A stretch of DNA of 52,295 nucleotides from Alphaproteobacteria bacterium (GTDB lineage: Bacteria; Pseudomonadota; Alphaproteobacteria; JBFXJJ01), in contig JBFXJJ010000015.1 in assembly GCA_050175015.1 (NCBI GenBank), forward strand, positions 1 through 52,295, written 5' to 3'. The position numbers and the translations under genes were made by a program. Shown here piece after piece: positions 18,197-27,477 of the stretch (positions are counted from its first letter, which is position 1; each line of letters opens with the position of its first letter). The notes under the pieces are model-generated. The model was not told the origin of the DNA. It was given only the letters and a program-made list of their open reading frames with translations, and made no database searches.

Positions 18197-18232
18197 TGTT
18201 ATAACATCAATGTTTATACATAAATTATAACA
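18197..18232. promoter_or_regulatory. Putative TA autoregulatory operator
   Basis: Perfect palindrome TGTTATAACA (18197-18206) plus imperfect copies TGTTTATACA (18211-18220) and AATTATAACA (18223-18232) just upstream of the antitoxin. Confidence 0.6.
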
Positions 18233-18309
18233 TACTATCATAGATAGTAAAGAAGTAAAAAAACGCAAAGATAGTTGATAAAATTGAAGAAAAAACAATA
18301 AAACTAATG

Positions 18310-18438
18310 CTATTTAACGGGATAAATTCTGGGGTAAGTAGATCCTTCTTTAACTACAGGCTTGCTTTTTTTGCCGCAAGACTCCAAAGAAAAAACAATT
18401 GCAAAAAGCAAAACAGTCATAAGAATTTTTTTTAACAT
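18310..18438 (-). CDS. Small lipoprotein, LptM/YifL (LPAM_2)-like; absent from the ORF track
   Basis: Manual translation MLKKILMTVLLFAIVFSLESCGKKSKPVVKEGSTYPRIYPVK (42 aa): signal peptide, CGKK, YPRxYP. Confidence 0.75.
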   Translation of the reverse strand: MLKKILMTVLLFAIVFSLESCGKKSKPVVKEGSTYPRIYPVK

Positions 18439-18569
18439 ATCATCCATATCCAAAATAGATTCTTGATAAATACTAACAAGAGTAAAAAAAACGTTTAAAT
18501 CTAGGAATTATTTTAGTATAACTCCATTTTAAAAACTAGCTTACTTGAAAAAAAATAGAGAGGCAACCT

Positions 18570-19076
18570 ATGAGTTTTGATGATGATACTCCACGTTACT
18601 TAACCGTTTCTTGGGAACAGCTTCATAAGGACAGCAGAACACTGGCAGCTAAACTTATGGAAAGAGATAATATTAAAGGGCTCATTTTAGTGAGTCGTGG
18701 AGGATTAGTTCCAGCGGCGATTGTGGCTAGAGAGCTTGATATTCGCAACGTTGATACGATTTGTATTGCAAGCTATGATGAAGAGCATCAAGAAGAAGAG
18801 GCAAGAATAATTAAATGTCCCGAAGGCGATGGTGATGGTTATATCGTTATTGATGACCTCGTTGATTCTGGAAATACAGGCAGAATTATTCGTAAATTGC
18901 TACCTAAAGCATATTTTACAACAATATATGCTAAACCTAAAGGACAAGAGGTTGTAGATTCGTTCGTTGTTCCCGTTGAGCAAAATGTTTGGATTCTTTT
19001 CCCTTGGGATTTAGAAATGCAGCCTAGTCTTCCTCTTATTAAGAGAAAACAAACTAAAGAAAAAACTAGTGTCTAA
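18570..19076 (+). CDS. gpt: Xanthine-guanine phosphoribosyltransferase
   Basis: VSW..LH.D, SRGGLVP, IDDLVDSGNT, YAKP, WILFPWD. Confidence 0.95.
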   Translation: MSFDDDTPRYLTVSWEQLHKDSRTLAAKLMERDNIKGLILVSRGGLVPAAIVARELDIRNVDTICIASYDEEHQEEEARIIKCPEGDGDGYIVIDDLVDSGNTGRIIRKLLPKAYFTTIYAKPKGQEVVDSFVVPVEQNVWILFPWDLEMQPSLPLIKRKQTKEKTSV

Positions 19077-19107
19077 AATGAATTTTAGTGAATAGTTTTT
19101 TAGAAAT

Positions 19108-19141
19108 AAAAAAGAGGGATATTAAAAATTCCCTCTTTTTT
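19108..19141. terminator. Bidirectional intrinsic terminator
   Basis: AAAAAGAGGGA-N10-TCCCTCTTTTT. Confidence 0.85.
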
Positions 19142-19346
19142 GTTATAGAGCTAAATCAGAATAAAATGGTTTAAGAAAGTTAACTAAAAAAAGTCTTTGT
19201 TTAAGCAATTTTTGGTATTTATTTTTCTCATCATCTTAATTGATTTTAAATTTTTAGAATTTAATCATTAAAAACAAAGTTTGAATCTTAAATCTTATTC
19301 AGCGATATGTTTTAAACGATTATCCTATCAATTTTTGTTTAATATT

Positions 19347-19778
19347 TTAGCTAATAAAAGCTTTAAGCATCCATATTTGCTTTTCAAAGTAAGCGCATTT
19401 GTCATCAGCAAAAGCGACGGTTACGGCGTCAGTTTTTTCACAAGATGATATTTCTTTAAAAGCTTCAACTAAATATTCTAAATCTTTTAAAATATTTTGA
19501 ATAACGTATTTAGCGTCAAAGTCGGTTTTTTCTTCTTCTGCAATTTTACTTACTTCAAGGATTTTTTTCAAAGTTACAATAGGTTTGCCGCCTAATTGGA
19601 GAGATCTTTCCGCTAAATCATCATACATCGTTGCGAGGTATTCGTAGAGTTCTTCAGTTTTAGAATGAATTCCAAAAAACTGGCTGCCTTTAATATTCCA
19701 GTGATAGTTATGGATTTTGGCAAATAGTACATTTGAGTCTGCTAATAGTTGGTTTAGTTTATCAACGGTATTACTCAT
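19347..19778 (-). CDS. dps: Dps/ferritin-like DNA-protecting protein
   Basis: HNYHWNIKG..F..IH...EELY.....DDLAER, EKQIWML. Confidence 0.96.
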   Translation of the reverse strand: MSNTVDKLNQLLADSNVLFAKIHNYHWNIKGSQFFGIHSKTEELYEYLATMYDDLAERSLQLGGKPIVTLKKILEVSKIAEEEKTDFDAKYVIQNILKDLEYLVEAFKEISSCEKTDAVTVAFADDKCAYFEKQIWMLKAFIS

Positions 19779-19808
19779 TTCTTTATATCTCCTTTGGTTA
19801 TTGATTAG

Positions 19809-19825
19809 TTTAGAATTATTCTAAC
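19809..19825. promoter_or_regulatory. Fur-family (Irr/PerR-type) operator upstream of dps
   Basis: Perfect 7-1-7 palindrome TTAGAAT-T-ATTCTAA (19810-19824); also fits ICE TTTAGAA-N3-TTCTAAA at 13 of 14 positions. Confidence 0.7.
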
Positions 19826-20039
19826 TTAGAAAGTGTAGCGCTAAAAATTTAAAAATGCAAATAAGAATTTTAAAAAAACTAAAATTTTTAAAAGCACGTT
19901 TGTTTTTCATTTAGGTGCTTAGAATTCTATTTTCAGAGAAAGTTTAAATTAAAAGGGATTATAAATTAAGATAACATTTTGGTTATGTTTTTGTTCAATT
20001 TTAATGAATTGCGGGAAAATTTTAAGGATAAAGGGCATA

Positions 20040-20073
20040 AAAAAACCTTGCTTAAATATTGTCTAAGCAAGGG
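20040..20073 (-). terminator. Terminator downstream of tRNA-Arg
   Basis: CCTTGCTTA...TAAGCAAGG with adjacent A tract (T tract on minus strand). Confidence 0.75.
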
Positions 20074-20079
20074 AAATAA

Positions 20080-20156
20080 TGGCGCGCCTGAGAAGATTCG
20101 AACTCCTAGCCTTCTGATCCGTAGTCAGATGCTCTATCCAATTGAGCTACAAGCGC
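20080..20156 (-). tRNA. tRNA-Arg (ACG)
   Basis: Reverse complement GCGCTTGTAGCTCAATTGGATAGAGCATCTGACTACGGATCAGAAGGCTAGGAGTTCGAATCTTCTCAGGCGCGCCA, CCA encoded. Confidence 0.97.
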
Positions 20157-20378
20157 TAAGTTTTATTTCCTTAATTTTAAAAACTAAGTATGCTATACAT
20201 AACTAAAAATAAAAGAATAAGCAAGCATAAAAATAAAAAATATACAAACTTTTTGTTAATATCTTTAGCTTAAATTAATTACATAAAAAGGTTTTTATGC
20301 AATGATTATTTAGAAAAAAGCAAAAATATCAAAAAAAAACTTTATTTTATAAAAAATTGTATATAAATATAGCATAAT

Positions 20379-21596
20379 ATGAAAAAAATGAGTAATACAA
20401 TGCAAACAGGTGGTAACTTGAAAACAGCTTTGAAAAACAAACAGCTTTTAATAGTAACATTGCTTTATGCTTTAGCGGGGTGTTCTTTTGCCTCTAATGC
20501 TTTATTCCCATCTCTAGGTGGCAATAAAGAAGAAGCTCAGCAAGAAAGTATGGTTATTGATTCTTCCACAGCAGATAAAACGGATAAACCGGTTTATTTT
20601 GACCAGAATCCTCCCAAAATGGGCTCAACAGACTTTAAGCCTCTTGAAGTAACACAAGGCTCGCCTACTGGTACATTTGTAGGTAAAAAAGTTGTTACCT
20701 CTCGTCAGGAGCTAAGCCAGTTGCAGCAAACGATAAGACGTAGGAATGCAGAATTGCAGGCTATTAGAAATAAGGCTGCGAATGATATTGCTGCTTACCA
20801 CGAAACGGTTGCATTTATTAATGCTAGATTGCAAATGGGAACAACCCCAGGCAATCCTAAGCTTACATCAAAATGGCAAGATGCGCAGAGACAGCTTGAA
20901 ACCATTAACCGCAATATTACCATGATGAATCAGCTTGCAACTCAAGTTGCTTCCGATTCTGCTATGACATCATATCTTTTAGACTCTATCAGAGCCGCAT
21001 ACAATATTTCTGGTGCAGTTGAAGAAGACCATGAGCAACTCAGAATTTTGGAAGATGAAACCAATCAAACATCGATTCTTATTGAAAGACTTCTTAATGA
21101 ATTAAATGAAGACATTAAGAGACAACAGCAATATGCAACATCAGAAAGAAACAATCAGAATGTTCTTGCTCTTTCAATTAAAGATGGACAGCTTTATGGT
21201 TCAAGCTTCAATATGCCTACGGCAGCACCTGTTAATAACCAAAAAGACATAATAATGTCATCTAATGGTTCTATTAGCTCAGTTGTCCCTTCAGCAACCG
21301 TCAATAACCGTAAACCTTTAATGGTTATTAGATTCCATAGACCAAACGTTGCTTATGAGCAGCCTTTATATCAAACGGTTAAGCAGACATTAGAAAGATA
21401 TCCAAATGCATCATTTGATTTGGTTGCGGTGTCTCCTTTTGGACAGCAGAGTATTAGTGGAGCTGCGGCTCGCAGATATGCCGAATCGGTTTTGAGATCT
21501 CTTACAACAATGGGACTTCCTGCTAACAATGTAAGACTTTCAGCAATGGAAAGTTCCGATGCTCAAACAAGTGAAGTTCATCTTTATTTAAGATAA
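20379..21596 (+). CDS. Hypothetical lipoprotein with long coiled coil and C-terminal alpha/beta domain
   Basis: Lipobox LAGC; TGTFVG, RLQ.GTTPGNP, GAVEEDH.QL..LEDE, PLMVIRF...EVHLYLR. Confidence 0.8.
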   Translation: MKKMSNTMQTGGNLKTALKNKQLLIVTLLYALAGCSFASNALFPSLGGNKEEAQQESMVIDSSTADKTDKPVYFDQNPPKMGSTDFKPLEVTQGSPTGTFVGKKVVTSRQELSQLQQTIRRRNAELQAIRNKAANDIAAYHETVAFINARLQMGTTPGNPKLTSKWQDAQRQLETINRNITMMNQLATQVASDSAMTSYLLDSIRAAYNISGAVEEDHEQLRILEDETNQTSILIERLLNELNEDIKRQQQYATSERNNQNVLALSIKDGQLYGSSFNMPTAAPVNNQKDIIMSSNGSISSVVPSATVNNRKPLMVIRFHRPNVAYEQPLYQTVKQTLERYPNASFDLVAVSPFGQQSISGAAARRYAESVLRSLTTMGLPANNVRLSAMESSDAQTSEVHLYLR

Positions 21597-21616
21597 TTCA
21601 TTTTAAGAGAAAAAAT

Positions 21617-21649
21617 AAAAAAACGGAGAGTAAAATCTCCGTTTTTTTT
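21617..21649 (+). terminator. Intrinsic terminator
   Basis: AAACGGAGA-GTAAAA-TCTCCGTTT plus T tract. Confidence 0.85.
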
Positions 21650-21660
21650 GTTTAAGGTGG

Positions 21661-21689
21661 TTGACATTACTTGTTATTAAGATTAAAAG
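21661..21689 (+). promoter_or_regulatory. Putative sigma70 promoter of the rpmH operon
   Basis: TTGACA-N17-TAAAAG. Confidence 0.5.
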
Positions 21690-21726
21690 TAACTTCTTTC
21701 GATATTTACAACAAGGGAGATTAAAC

Positions 21727-21861
21727 GTGAAACGCACGTATCAACCAAGTAAGCTTATCAGAACACGCAGACACGGTTTTCGTAGCCGTATGGCAACTGT
21801 TGGTGGACGCGCTGTAATTAATAGCCGTCGTCGCAAAGGCCGCAAGCGTTTATCTGCCTAA
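21727..21861 (+). CDS. rpmH: 50S ribosomal protein L34
   Basis: GTG start after GGGAG; [18 protein letters not shown]...[11 protein letters not shown]. Confidence 0.98.
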   Translation: MKRTYQPSKLIRTRRHGFRSRMATVGGRAVINSRRRKGRKRLSA

Positions 21862-21874
21862 AATGTTTAGGTAA

Positions 21875-22255
21875 ATGCCTAGTAAGCTTCTTAGATTAAA
21901 AAAAAGAACAGATTTTTTAAGAATTTCTGGAAAAAGGTGCAGTAATGTTTGTGCTGGATTTATTATTCAGGCTGATGTGACACCTAAGCCAAAAAATTCT
22001 TTAAATGTAATAAAGCCTGCTCCTAGAGTAGGCTTTACTGTAAGCAAAAAAGTAGGAAATGCTGTTAAGCGTAATTTTGTTAAAAGACGTCTTAGAGCTT
22101 TAGCTGATAATCTGATCAGAGATGAATTCTACAATGGTCTCGACTATGTAATCATTGGTCGTAAAGAGGCTATAGTAATGCCTTTTGCTGTTCTAAAAAG
22201 TGATTTTCAAAAATCTTTGAAAATTGTTTCAAAAAAAGTCAAAGATAATATGTAA
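21875..22255 (+). CDS. rnpA: Ribonuclease P protein component
   Basis: RLKKRTDF, RVGFTVSKKVGNAVKRN..KRRLR; synteny. Confidence 0.97.
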   Translation: MPSKLLRLKKRTDFLRISGKRCSNVCAGFIIQADVTPKPKNSLNVIKPAPRVGFTVSKKVGNAVKRNFVKRRLRALADNLIRDEFYNGLDYVIIGRKEAIVMPFAVLKSDFQKSLKIVSKKVKDNM

Positions 22256-22267
22256 GAGAAGGAACAT

Positions 22268-22483
22268 ATGCGTAAATTCATTATATTCCTCATCAAAGTA
22301 TATCAAAAAATTCTTTCACCGCTTTTTCCTAACTGTTGTCGTTATAATCCTACTTGCTCTCACTACACTATTGAGGCTGTTGAACGATTCGGTGTTATAA
22401 AGGGACTTTTTTTAGGTGCTAAAAGAATTTTAAGGTGCCACCCCTTTGCCAAAGGCGGAGATGATCCCGTTCCTAAGGAATAA
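22268..22483 (+). CDS. yidD: Membrane protein insertion efficiency factor
   Basis: YQ..LSP...[10 protein letters not shown]...[15 protein letters not shown]. Confidence 0.96.
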   Translation: MRKFIIFLIKVYQKILSPLFPNCCRYNPTCSHYTIEAVERFGVIKGLFLGAKRILRCHPFAKGGDDPVPKE

Positions 22484-22565
22484 AAAACAAAAACAACATA
22501 ACGTTTGAATTTTTTTCGAAAACGTGCATATTCAAGCTTTAAGTTTTATATTGGAAATAAAGGAT

Positions 22566-24293
22566 ATGAATCAGGAAATTAAAAATTTATATATGGCCAT
22601 TATTTTATCAATTTTTATTATATTTGTTTACAGCAAATACAATGAAAAGAAGATTGAGAATGCTGGGGCTGTAACAGTAGATAACGTCTCTGAAAATAAT
22701 AAAAATGATAAAGCTGCTGATAGTACTGCTATAGGGGCAAAAACTGAAAATGTTATTCCTGTCTTGGAGCATATCTCTAATATTGATGAAAGTAAGGAGC
22801 CTAGAGTAGCCATAAAAGGCGATAAAGTAATTGGTTCAATCAGGTTAAGAGGCGCTAGGATTGATGATGTCGTTTTGGCAAAGTATAAAGAAACAATTGA
22901 AAAAGACAGTCCTGATGTTAGGTTGTTTGAGAAAACGGGTTCAGAAAAACCTTATTATGCGGAGTTTGGTTGGATATCATCTGATGGTGAACAGACGGTT
23001 AAACTTCCTAGTTCATCAACTCTTTGGCAAGCAGATAAAACAGAACTTATTCCCAATGGTAAAGTTGTTTTAAAATGGGATAATGGCGAAGGTTTAATTT
23101 TTTCTAAAACTATAGAACTTGATGATAAGTATCTTTTTAAGATTACCGAAACGGTCAAAAATAATACTAACCGTACCTTAAAATTGCATCATTATGGTCT
23201 AATTTCACGTACAGGGCACCCAGAAGCCGCAAGAGGGGCTGTTCATGATGGACCAGTTGGCTTTCTTAATGATAAGCTGGAAGAGCATCGTTATGGCGAT
23301 TTAATCAAAAGCGGCAAGGAAGTCTTTTCGACTAAAGGCGGCTGGATAGGCATTACAGATAGATTCTGGCTTTCAGCATTATCTTTTGATAACAATATTG
23401 AAAATGTTACTGCGCGGTTTGTGGCAAACGAAACCCCTAAGGGCGAAAAGTATCAAGCAGATTATCTACTTCCAGAAATTGTTATAAACCAAGGCGAAGA
23501 AAAAAGCTCATCAGGAATGTTGTTTGCTGGAGCTAAAGAAGTTAGAACTCTTGATTATTACCGCAACAAAGTTGGGATAGCAAAGTTTGACTTAGCAATA
23601 GATTTTGGTTGGTATTATTTTTTAACAAAACCATTCTTCTTTGTTTTAGAGTTTTTATATAACCTTATAGGGAATATGGGGCTTGCTATATTAGTTTTTG
23701 CTACAATTCTAAGAGGAGCAATGGTTCCAATCGCAACAGCTTCTAATGTAAGCATGGCTAAAATGAAAAAACTCCAGCCTAAAGTTGCCGAAATACAAGA
23801 AAAATTTAAAGAAGATAAGATTAAAGCTCAGCAAGAATTAATGGCTCTTTATAAGAAAGAAAGAGTTAATCCTGCAGCTGGTTGCTTACCTGTTCTTATT
23901 CAAATACCTGTATTTTTCTCACTTTACAAGGTTCTTAATATATCAATCGAAATCAGACATGCTCCGTTTTATGGCTGGATAAGGGACTTATCAGCTCCAG
24001 ATCCGTCTTCTGTTTTTACTTGTTTTGGTATGTTAGATTGGCCAATTCCTGCATTCTTCAATATCGGTATTCTTCCTCTTATTATGGGAGTTACTATGGT
24101 TATGCAGCAAAAACTTAATCCTAAACCAACAGACAAATCTCAGGCAATGATGATGAAGTATATGCCTTATTTCTTTACGTTTTTATTAGGTAACTTTGCG
24201 TCGGGCTTGGTTATATACTGGACTTGGAGTAATATTTTCTCAATTATTCAACAGCGTCTTATTATGAAAAAAATGGGGGTATCTGTTTCTTAA
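22566..24293 (+). CDS. yidC: Membrane protein insertase YidC
   Basis: DFGWYYFLTKP, GNMGLAI, NPAAGCLP.LIQIPVFF, DLSAPDP, GLVIYW; ATG 22566 after AAGGA (ORF track 22524). Confidence 0.97.
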   Translation: MNQEIKNLYMAIILSIFIIFVYSKYNEKKIENAGAVTVDNVSENNKNDKAADSTAIGAKTENVIPVLEHISNIDESKEPRVAIKGDKVIGSIRLRGARIDDVVLAKYKETIEKDSPDVRLFEKTGSEKPYYAEFGWISSDGEQTVKLPSSSTLWQADKTELIPNGKVVLKWDNGEGLIFSKTIELDDKYLFKITETVKNNTNRTLKLHHYGLISRTGHPEAARGAVHDGPVGFLNDKLEEHRYGDLIKSGKEVFSTKGGWIGITDRFWLSALSFDNNIENVTARFVANETPKGEKYQADYLLPEIVINQGEEKSSSGMLFAGAKEVRTLDYYRNKVGIAKFDLAIDFGWYYFLTKPFFFVLEFLYNLIGNMGLAILVFATILRGAMVPIATASNVSMAKMKKLQPKVAEIQEKFKEDKIKAQQELMALYKKERVNPAAGCLPVLIQIPVFFSLYKVLNISIEIRHAPFYGWIRDLSAPDPSSVFTCFGMLDWPIPAFFNIGILPLIMGVTMVMQQKLNPKPTDKSQAMMMKYMPYFFTFLLGNFASGLVIYWTWSNIFSIIQQRLIMKKMGVSVS

Positions 24294-24294
24294 A

Positions 24295-24951
24295 ATGGCA
24301 GATGAAATAGTACAAAAAGAAATTTTATTAGAAGTAGGACGCAAGCTCTTTGCGAAAGAATGTGTCTTTGTTTTGGGAGCTGCTTCAGCTGAACAGTTTC
24401 CTGACATAGATTTTTTTGAAATAGCTTTTGCTGGCAGGTCTAATGTTGGTAAGTCTAGTTTGATTAATGCACTGACCAACCGTAAAAACCTTGCTAGAAC
24501 TTCTAATACCCCAGGTAGAACACAGCAGATTAACTTTTTTAATCTTAATGAGAAGCTTATGATAGCCGATTTGCCGGGATATGGTTTTGCTGAAGCTCCT
24601 AAAGATACCGTTGATGCTTGGACACGTATGGTTTTCTCTTATCTTAGAAAGCGCTCTAATTTAAGAAGGGTTTGCTTGTTAATAGATTCTAGGCGCGGCA
24701 TTAAAGAAAACGACATTGAAGTTATGGATATGCTCGATGTTGCCGCGGTTAATTATCAAGTAGTACTTACTAAAATTGATAAGATAAAAGAGGCAGAACA
24801 GGTCAAGATTATTGATGCTACTAAAAAGAAAATAGCTAAAAGACCTGCGGCGTATCCTGAAATTATAGTTACTAGCTCTGAGAAAAATTTAGGAATAGAG
24901 GATTTAAGAGCGGCTATCGCCAAAATCGTGTTTGAACAGCAGTTTATTTAA
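24295..24951 (+). CDS. engB: Ribosome biogenesis GTPase YihA/EngB
   Basis: GRSNVGKSS, PGRT, DLPGYG, TKID. Confidence 0.97.
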   Translation: MADEIVQKEILLEVGRKLFAKECVFVLGAASAEQFPDIDFFEIAFAGRSNVGKSSLINALTNRKNLARTSNTPGRTQQINFFNLNEKLMIADLPGYGFAEAPKDTVDAWTRMVFSYLRKRSNLRRVCLLIDSRRGIKENDIEVMDMLDVAAVNYQVVLTKIDKIKEAEQVKIIDATKKKIAKRPAAYPEIIVTSSEKNLGIEDLRAAIAKIVFEQQFI

Positions 24952-25052
24952 AAAAGTTTTGATTTTACTTTTAATAAAAGTAAAGCTGTCGGCAGACATT
25001 TGCCGTAAGGCAAAATAATAATCCTAAAAAACTTTATTTTATAAAGCTGCCC

Positions 25053-25712
25053 CTAATAAGAAACAGCCTCATTCCTCATTCGGTTAACAAAAGCGGTCAT
25101 ACCAATTTGACGGTCTCTTTTAAGCCTTTCTGCGCAAAGTATGGCTTGAACTTTGGAGACACAGCGCTCAAAGTCCCTGTTAACTATAATATAGTCATAT
25201 TCTGGCCAGTGGCTCATTTCATCGGCAGCTTTTGCCATTCTTTTACGCACAACATCTTCGCTGTCTTGAGCTCTTGAAAAGAGCCTTCTTTCTAATTCTT
25301 CCATAGAAGGGGGCAGAATGAAAATTGAAACAAGGTCATCACGAGCCGTTTCTGCTAACTGTTGTGTGCCTTGCCAGTCGATATCGAATAAAACGTCTTT
25401 GCCAGAATTAAGTTTTTCAAAAACGGCTTGAGATGGGGTGCCATAGTAATTATCAAAGACTTTAGCATATTCTAAAAAAGCGTTATTTTTAGCCATTTCC
25501 TTAAATTCATCTTCTGACTTAAAGAAATAATCTCTGCCGTCAACCTCTGATGGCCTTGGTGCTCTGGTTGTAACTGATACTGAAAGCGATATTTCAGGCT
25601 CAAACTCCAGAATTTTGCGAGAGATAGCGGTTTTTCCTGCCCCTGAAGGCGAGGATAATACTAGCATTAAACCGCGGCGGAATTTCATTTGTTTGTCAGA
25701 AGTATCATTCAT
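25053..25712 (-). CDS. gmk: Guanylate kinase
   Basis: SSPSGAGKT, TTRAPR, YYGT, FDIDWQG. Confidence 0.97.
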   Translation of the reverse strand: MNDTSDKQMKFRRGLMLVLSSPSGAGKTAISRKILEFEPEISLSVSVTTRAPRPSEVDGRDYFFKSEDEFKEMAKNNAFLEYAKVFDNYYGTPSQAVFEKLNSGKDVLFDIDWQGTQQLAETARDDLVSIFILPPSMEELERRLFSRAQDSEDVVRKRMAKAADEMSHWPEYDYIIVNRDFERCVSKVQAILCAERLKRDRQIGMTAFVNRMRNEAVSY

Positions 25713-25718
25713 AGTCTT

Positions 25719-26624
25719 TTACTCAATATTTTGAATTTGTTCTTTAATTTGGTCTATAATCACTTTTAAATCAAGGGCAATTCTTGTCAACTCAATATCA
25801 TTTGATTTAGAACATATTGTATTAACCTCACGGTGCATTTCCTGAGCCATAAAGTCAAATTTGCGCCCTATAGGGGTTGTTTCTTCTAACAGGGCTTTAG
25901 CGCTGTTAATATGGGCAGCAAGACGGTCTATTTCTTCTTTAATGTCAGCTTTTATAGCAATAAAGGCTGTTTCTTGAATTATTTTTTCATCAGAAATATC
26001 TACGCTGTTTTCTAAAAGTTCAGCAACTTGTTTTTTTAGTTTTGACATAATGCTGCTAGATAAATTCTTGGCTATTTCTTCTGCTTGGTTTTTAAGTTCA
26101 AGCATTTTATCTAAGTTGTCAGCTAAAACCTTTTGAATTTGAGCCCCTTCGTTAAGGCGGGATAAAATCATTTTTTCTAAAGCAGAATCAAAAGCCTTGA
26201 TAAGAGCATTGTTGAAAGATTTTTTATCTTCTTCATTCATTTCCTGATCAAGATTTTCAACAACACCGTTTATGGCCAGTAAGCCCTCAGGTGAGATGCT
26301 GCCAAAGGCATCGCTGTTTGTTTCTTTGATTTTTAAAGCGGCTTTTTTAAGTTCTTCCAAGAGGTCATAATTTATTTTTATTTGAGGTTCTTTTATGGTT
26401 TGATTTATTTGTAAATTAACCTGAACATTACCTCTTTTTATTAAAGATGAAATTTTTAAGCGTATTAATTGATTAACGTCTTCGTAGTTAAACGGCAGTC
26501 TGGTTTTTATGTCAAGGCTGCGCCCATTAACGCTTTTTATCTCCCACAAAAAGGTGCTTTCCATATTTTTATTGAAAAAAGTTTCTTGTAGGCTTGAAAA
26601 ACCTGTCATGCTTGCTATAGTCAA
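25719..26624 (-). CDS. yicC: YicC/YloC-family endoribonuclease
   Basis: SMTGF, EIKSVN.R.LD, EEIDRL..H, GRKFDF..QE..RE.NT..SKS, EQIQNIE; probable TTG start 26624 after GAGG. Confidence 0.94.
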   Translation of the reverse strand: MTIASMTGFSSLQETFFNKNMESTFLWEIKSVNGRSLDIKTRLPFNYEDVNQLIRLKISSLIKRGNVQVNLQINQTIKEPQIKINYDLLEELKKAALKIKETNSDAFGSISPEGLLAINGVVENLDQEMNEEDKKSFNNALIKAFDSALEKMILSRLNEGAQIQKVLADNLDKMLELKNQAEEIAKNLSSSIMSKLKKQVAELLENSVDISDEKIIQETAFIAIKADIKEEIDRLAAHINSAKALLEETTPIGRKFDFMAQEMHREVNTICSKSNDIELTRIALDLKVIIDQIKEQIQNIE

Positions 26625-26700
26625 TTTAACCTCTTTAAATGATTTTTTGATGAGATTATAAAACAATCAATAGCTTATTAGCAACAGTGGTGAAAGAAAA

Positions 26701-27477
26701 ATGATTAATAATCCAAAATCTATTTTAATAACAGGAGCTTCAAGCGGCATAGGCGAGGCTTTAGCAATGCATTATGCTCAAGAAGGCGTTTCAATTTTTA
26801 TGAATGGCCGAGATACTAAGCGACTTGCTGCTTCTGCTAATAACTGCCGTAAAAAAGGCGCTGAAGTCTATGAAAGAGTTCTTGATGTTGCTAAGCCGTC
26901 AATCGTGGCTAATTGGATTAAAGAATGTGATGATATCAAGCCGTTAGATTTGATTATTGCTAATGCCGGAGTTTCTGGCGGTACTGGTGGTACTAGCGAG
27001 CCAGAAGAGCAAATAAGGCTTATGGTTGATATTAATATTAATGGGGTTATTAATACCGTTTTACCAAGTATTGAAATCTTTAAAAAAAGAAAATCAGGAC
27101 AAATTGCTTTAATAAGTTCTATGACAGCATATCGAGGTTTGCCTTCTGCTCCTACTTATTCTGCAACCAAAGCTTTTGTAAAATCTTGGGGAGCGGCTTT
27201 GAGGGGCTGTTTAAAGAAAGAAGGCATAAAAGTTTCGGTCGTTTGCCCAGGTTTTATTAAAAGCCGTATTACTGATGCGAATAATTTTACAATGCCATTT
27301 TTAATGGACGCAGAAAAAGCGGCATCTATCATAGGAAAAGGTTTAGAAAACAATAAATCTTGTATAGCTTTTCCCTGGCAGATGGTTTTTCCAACGTGGC
27401 TTTTATCAATCCTTCCACAAGCTTTTTCAGATAAGATTGTGGCTTTGATGCCAGCAAAACCACAAAATAATAGCTAA
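26701..27477 (+). CDS. Short-chain dehydrogenase/reductase
   Basis: TGASSGIG, ANAG, YSATK, PGFI. Confidence 0.93.
   Translation: MINNPKSILITGASSGIGEALAMHYAQEGVSIFMNGRDTKRLAASANNCRKKGAEVYERVLDVAKPSIVANWIKECDDIKPLDLIIANAGVSGGTGGTSEPEEQIRLMVDININGVINTVLPSIEIFKKRKSGQIALISSMTAYRGLPSAPTYSATKAFVKSWGAALRGCLKKEGIKVSVVCPGFIKSRITDANNFTMPFLMDAEKAASIIGKGLENNKSCIAFPWQMVFPTWLLSILPQAFSDKIVALMPAKPQNNS

Noticed and set aside
19979-20206. 75-aa plus-strand ORF
   Set aside because: It is antisense to tRNA-Arg (20080-20156); a shadow ORF
21661-21726. N-terminal extension of rpmH in the ORF track
   Set aside because: The TTG is the -35 element; the L34 sequence starts at GTG 21727 after an RBS
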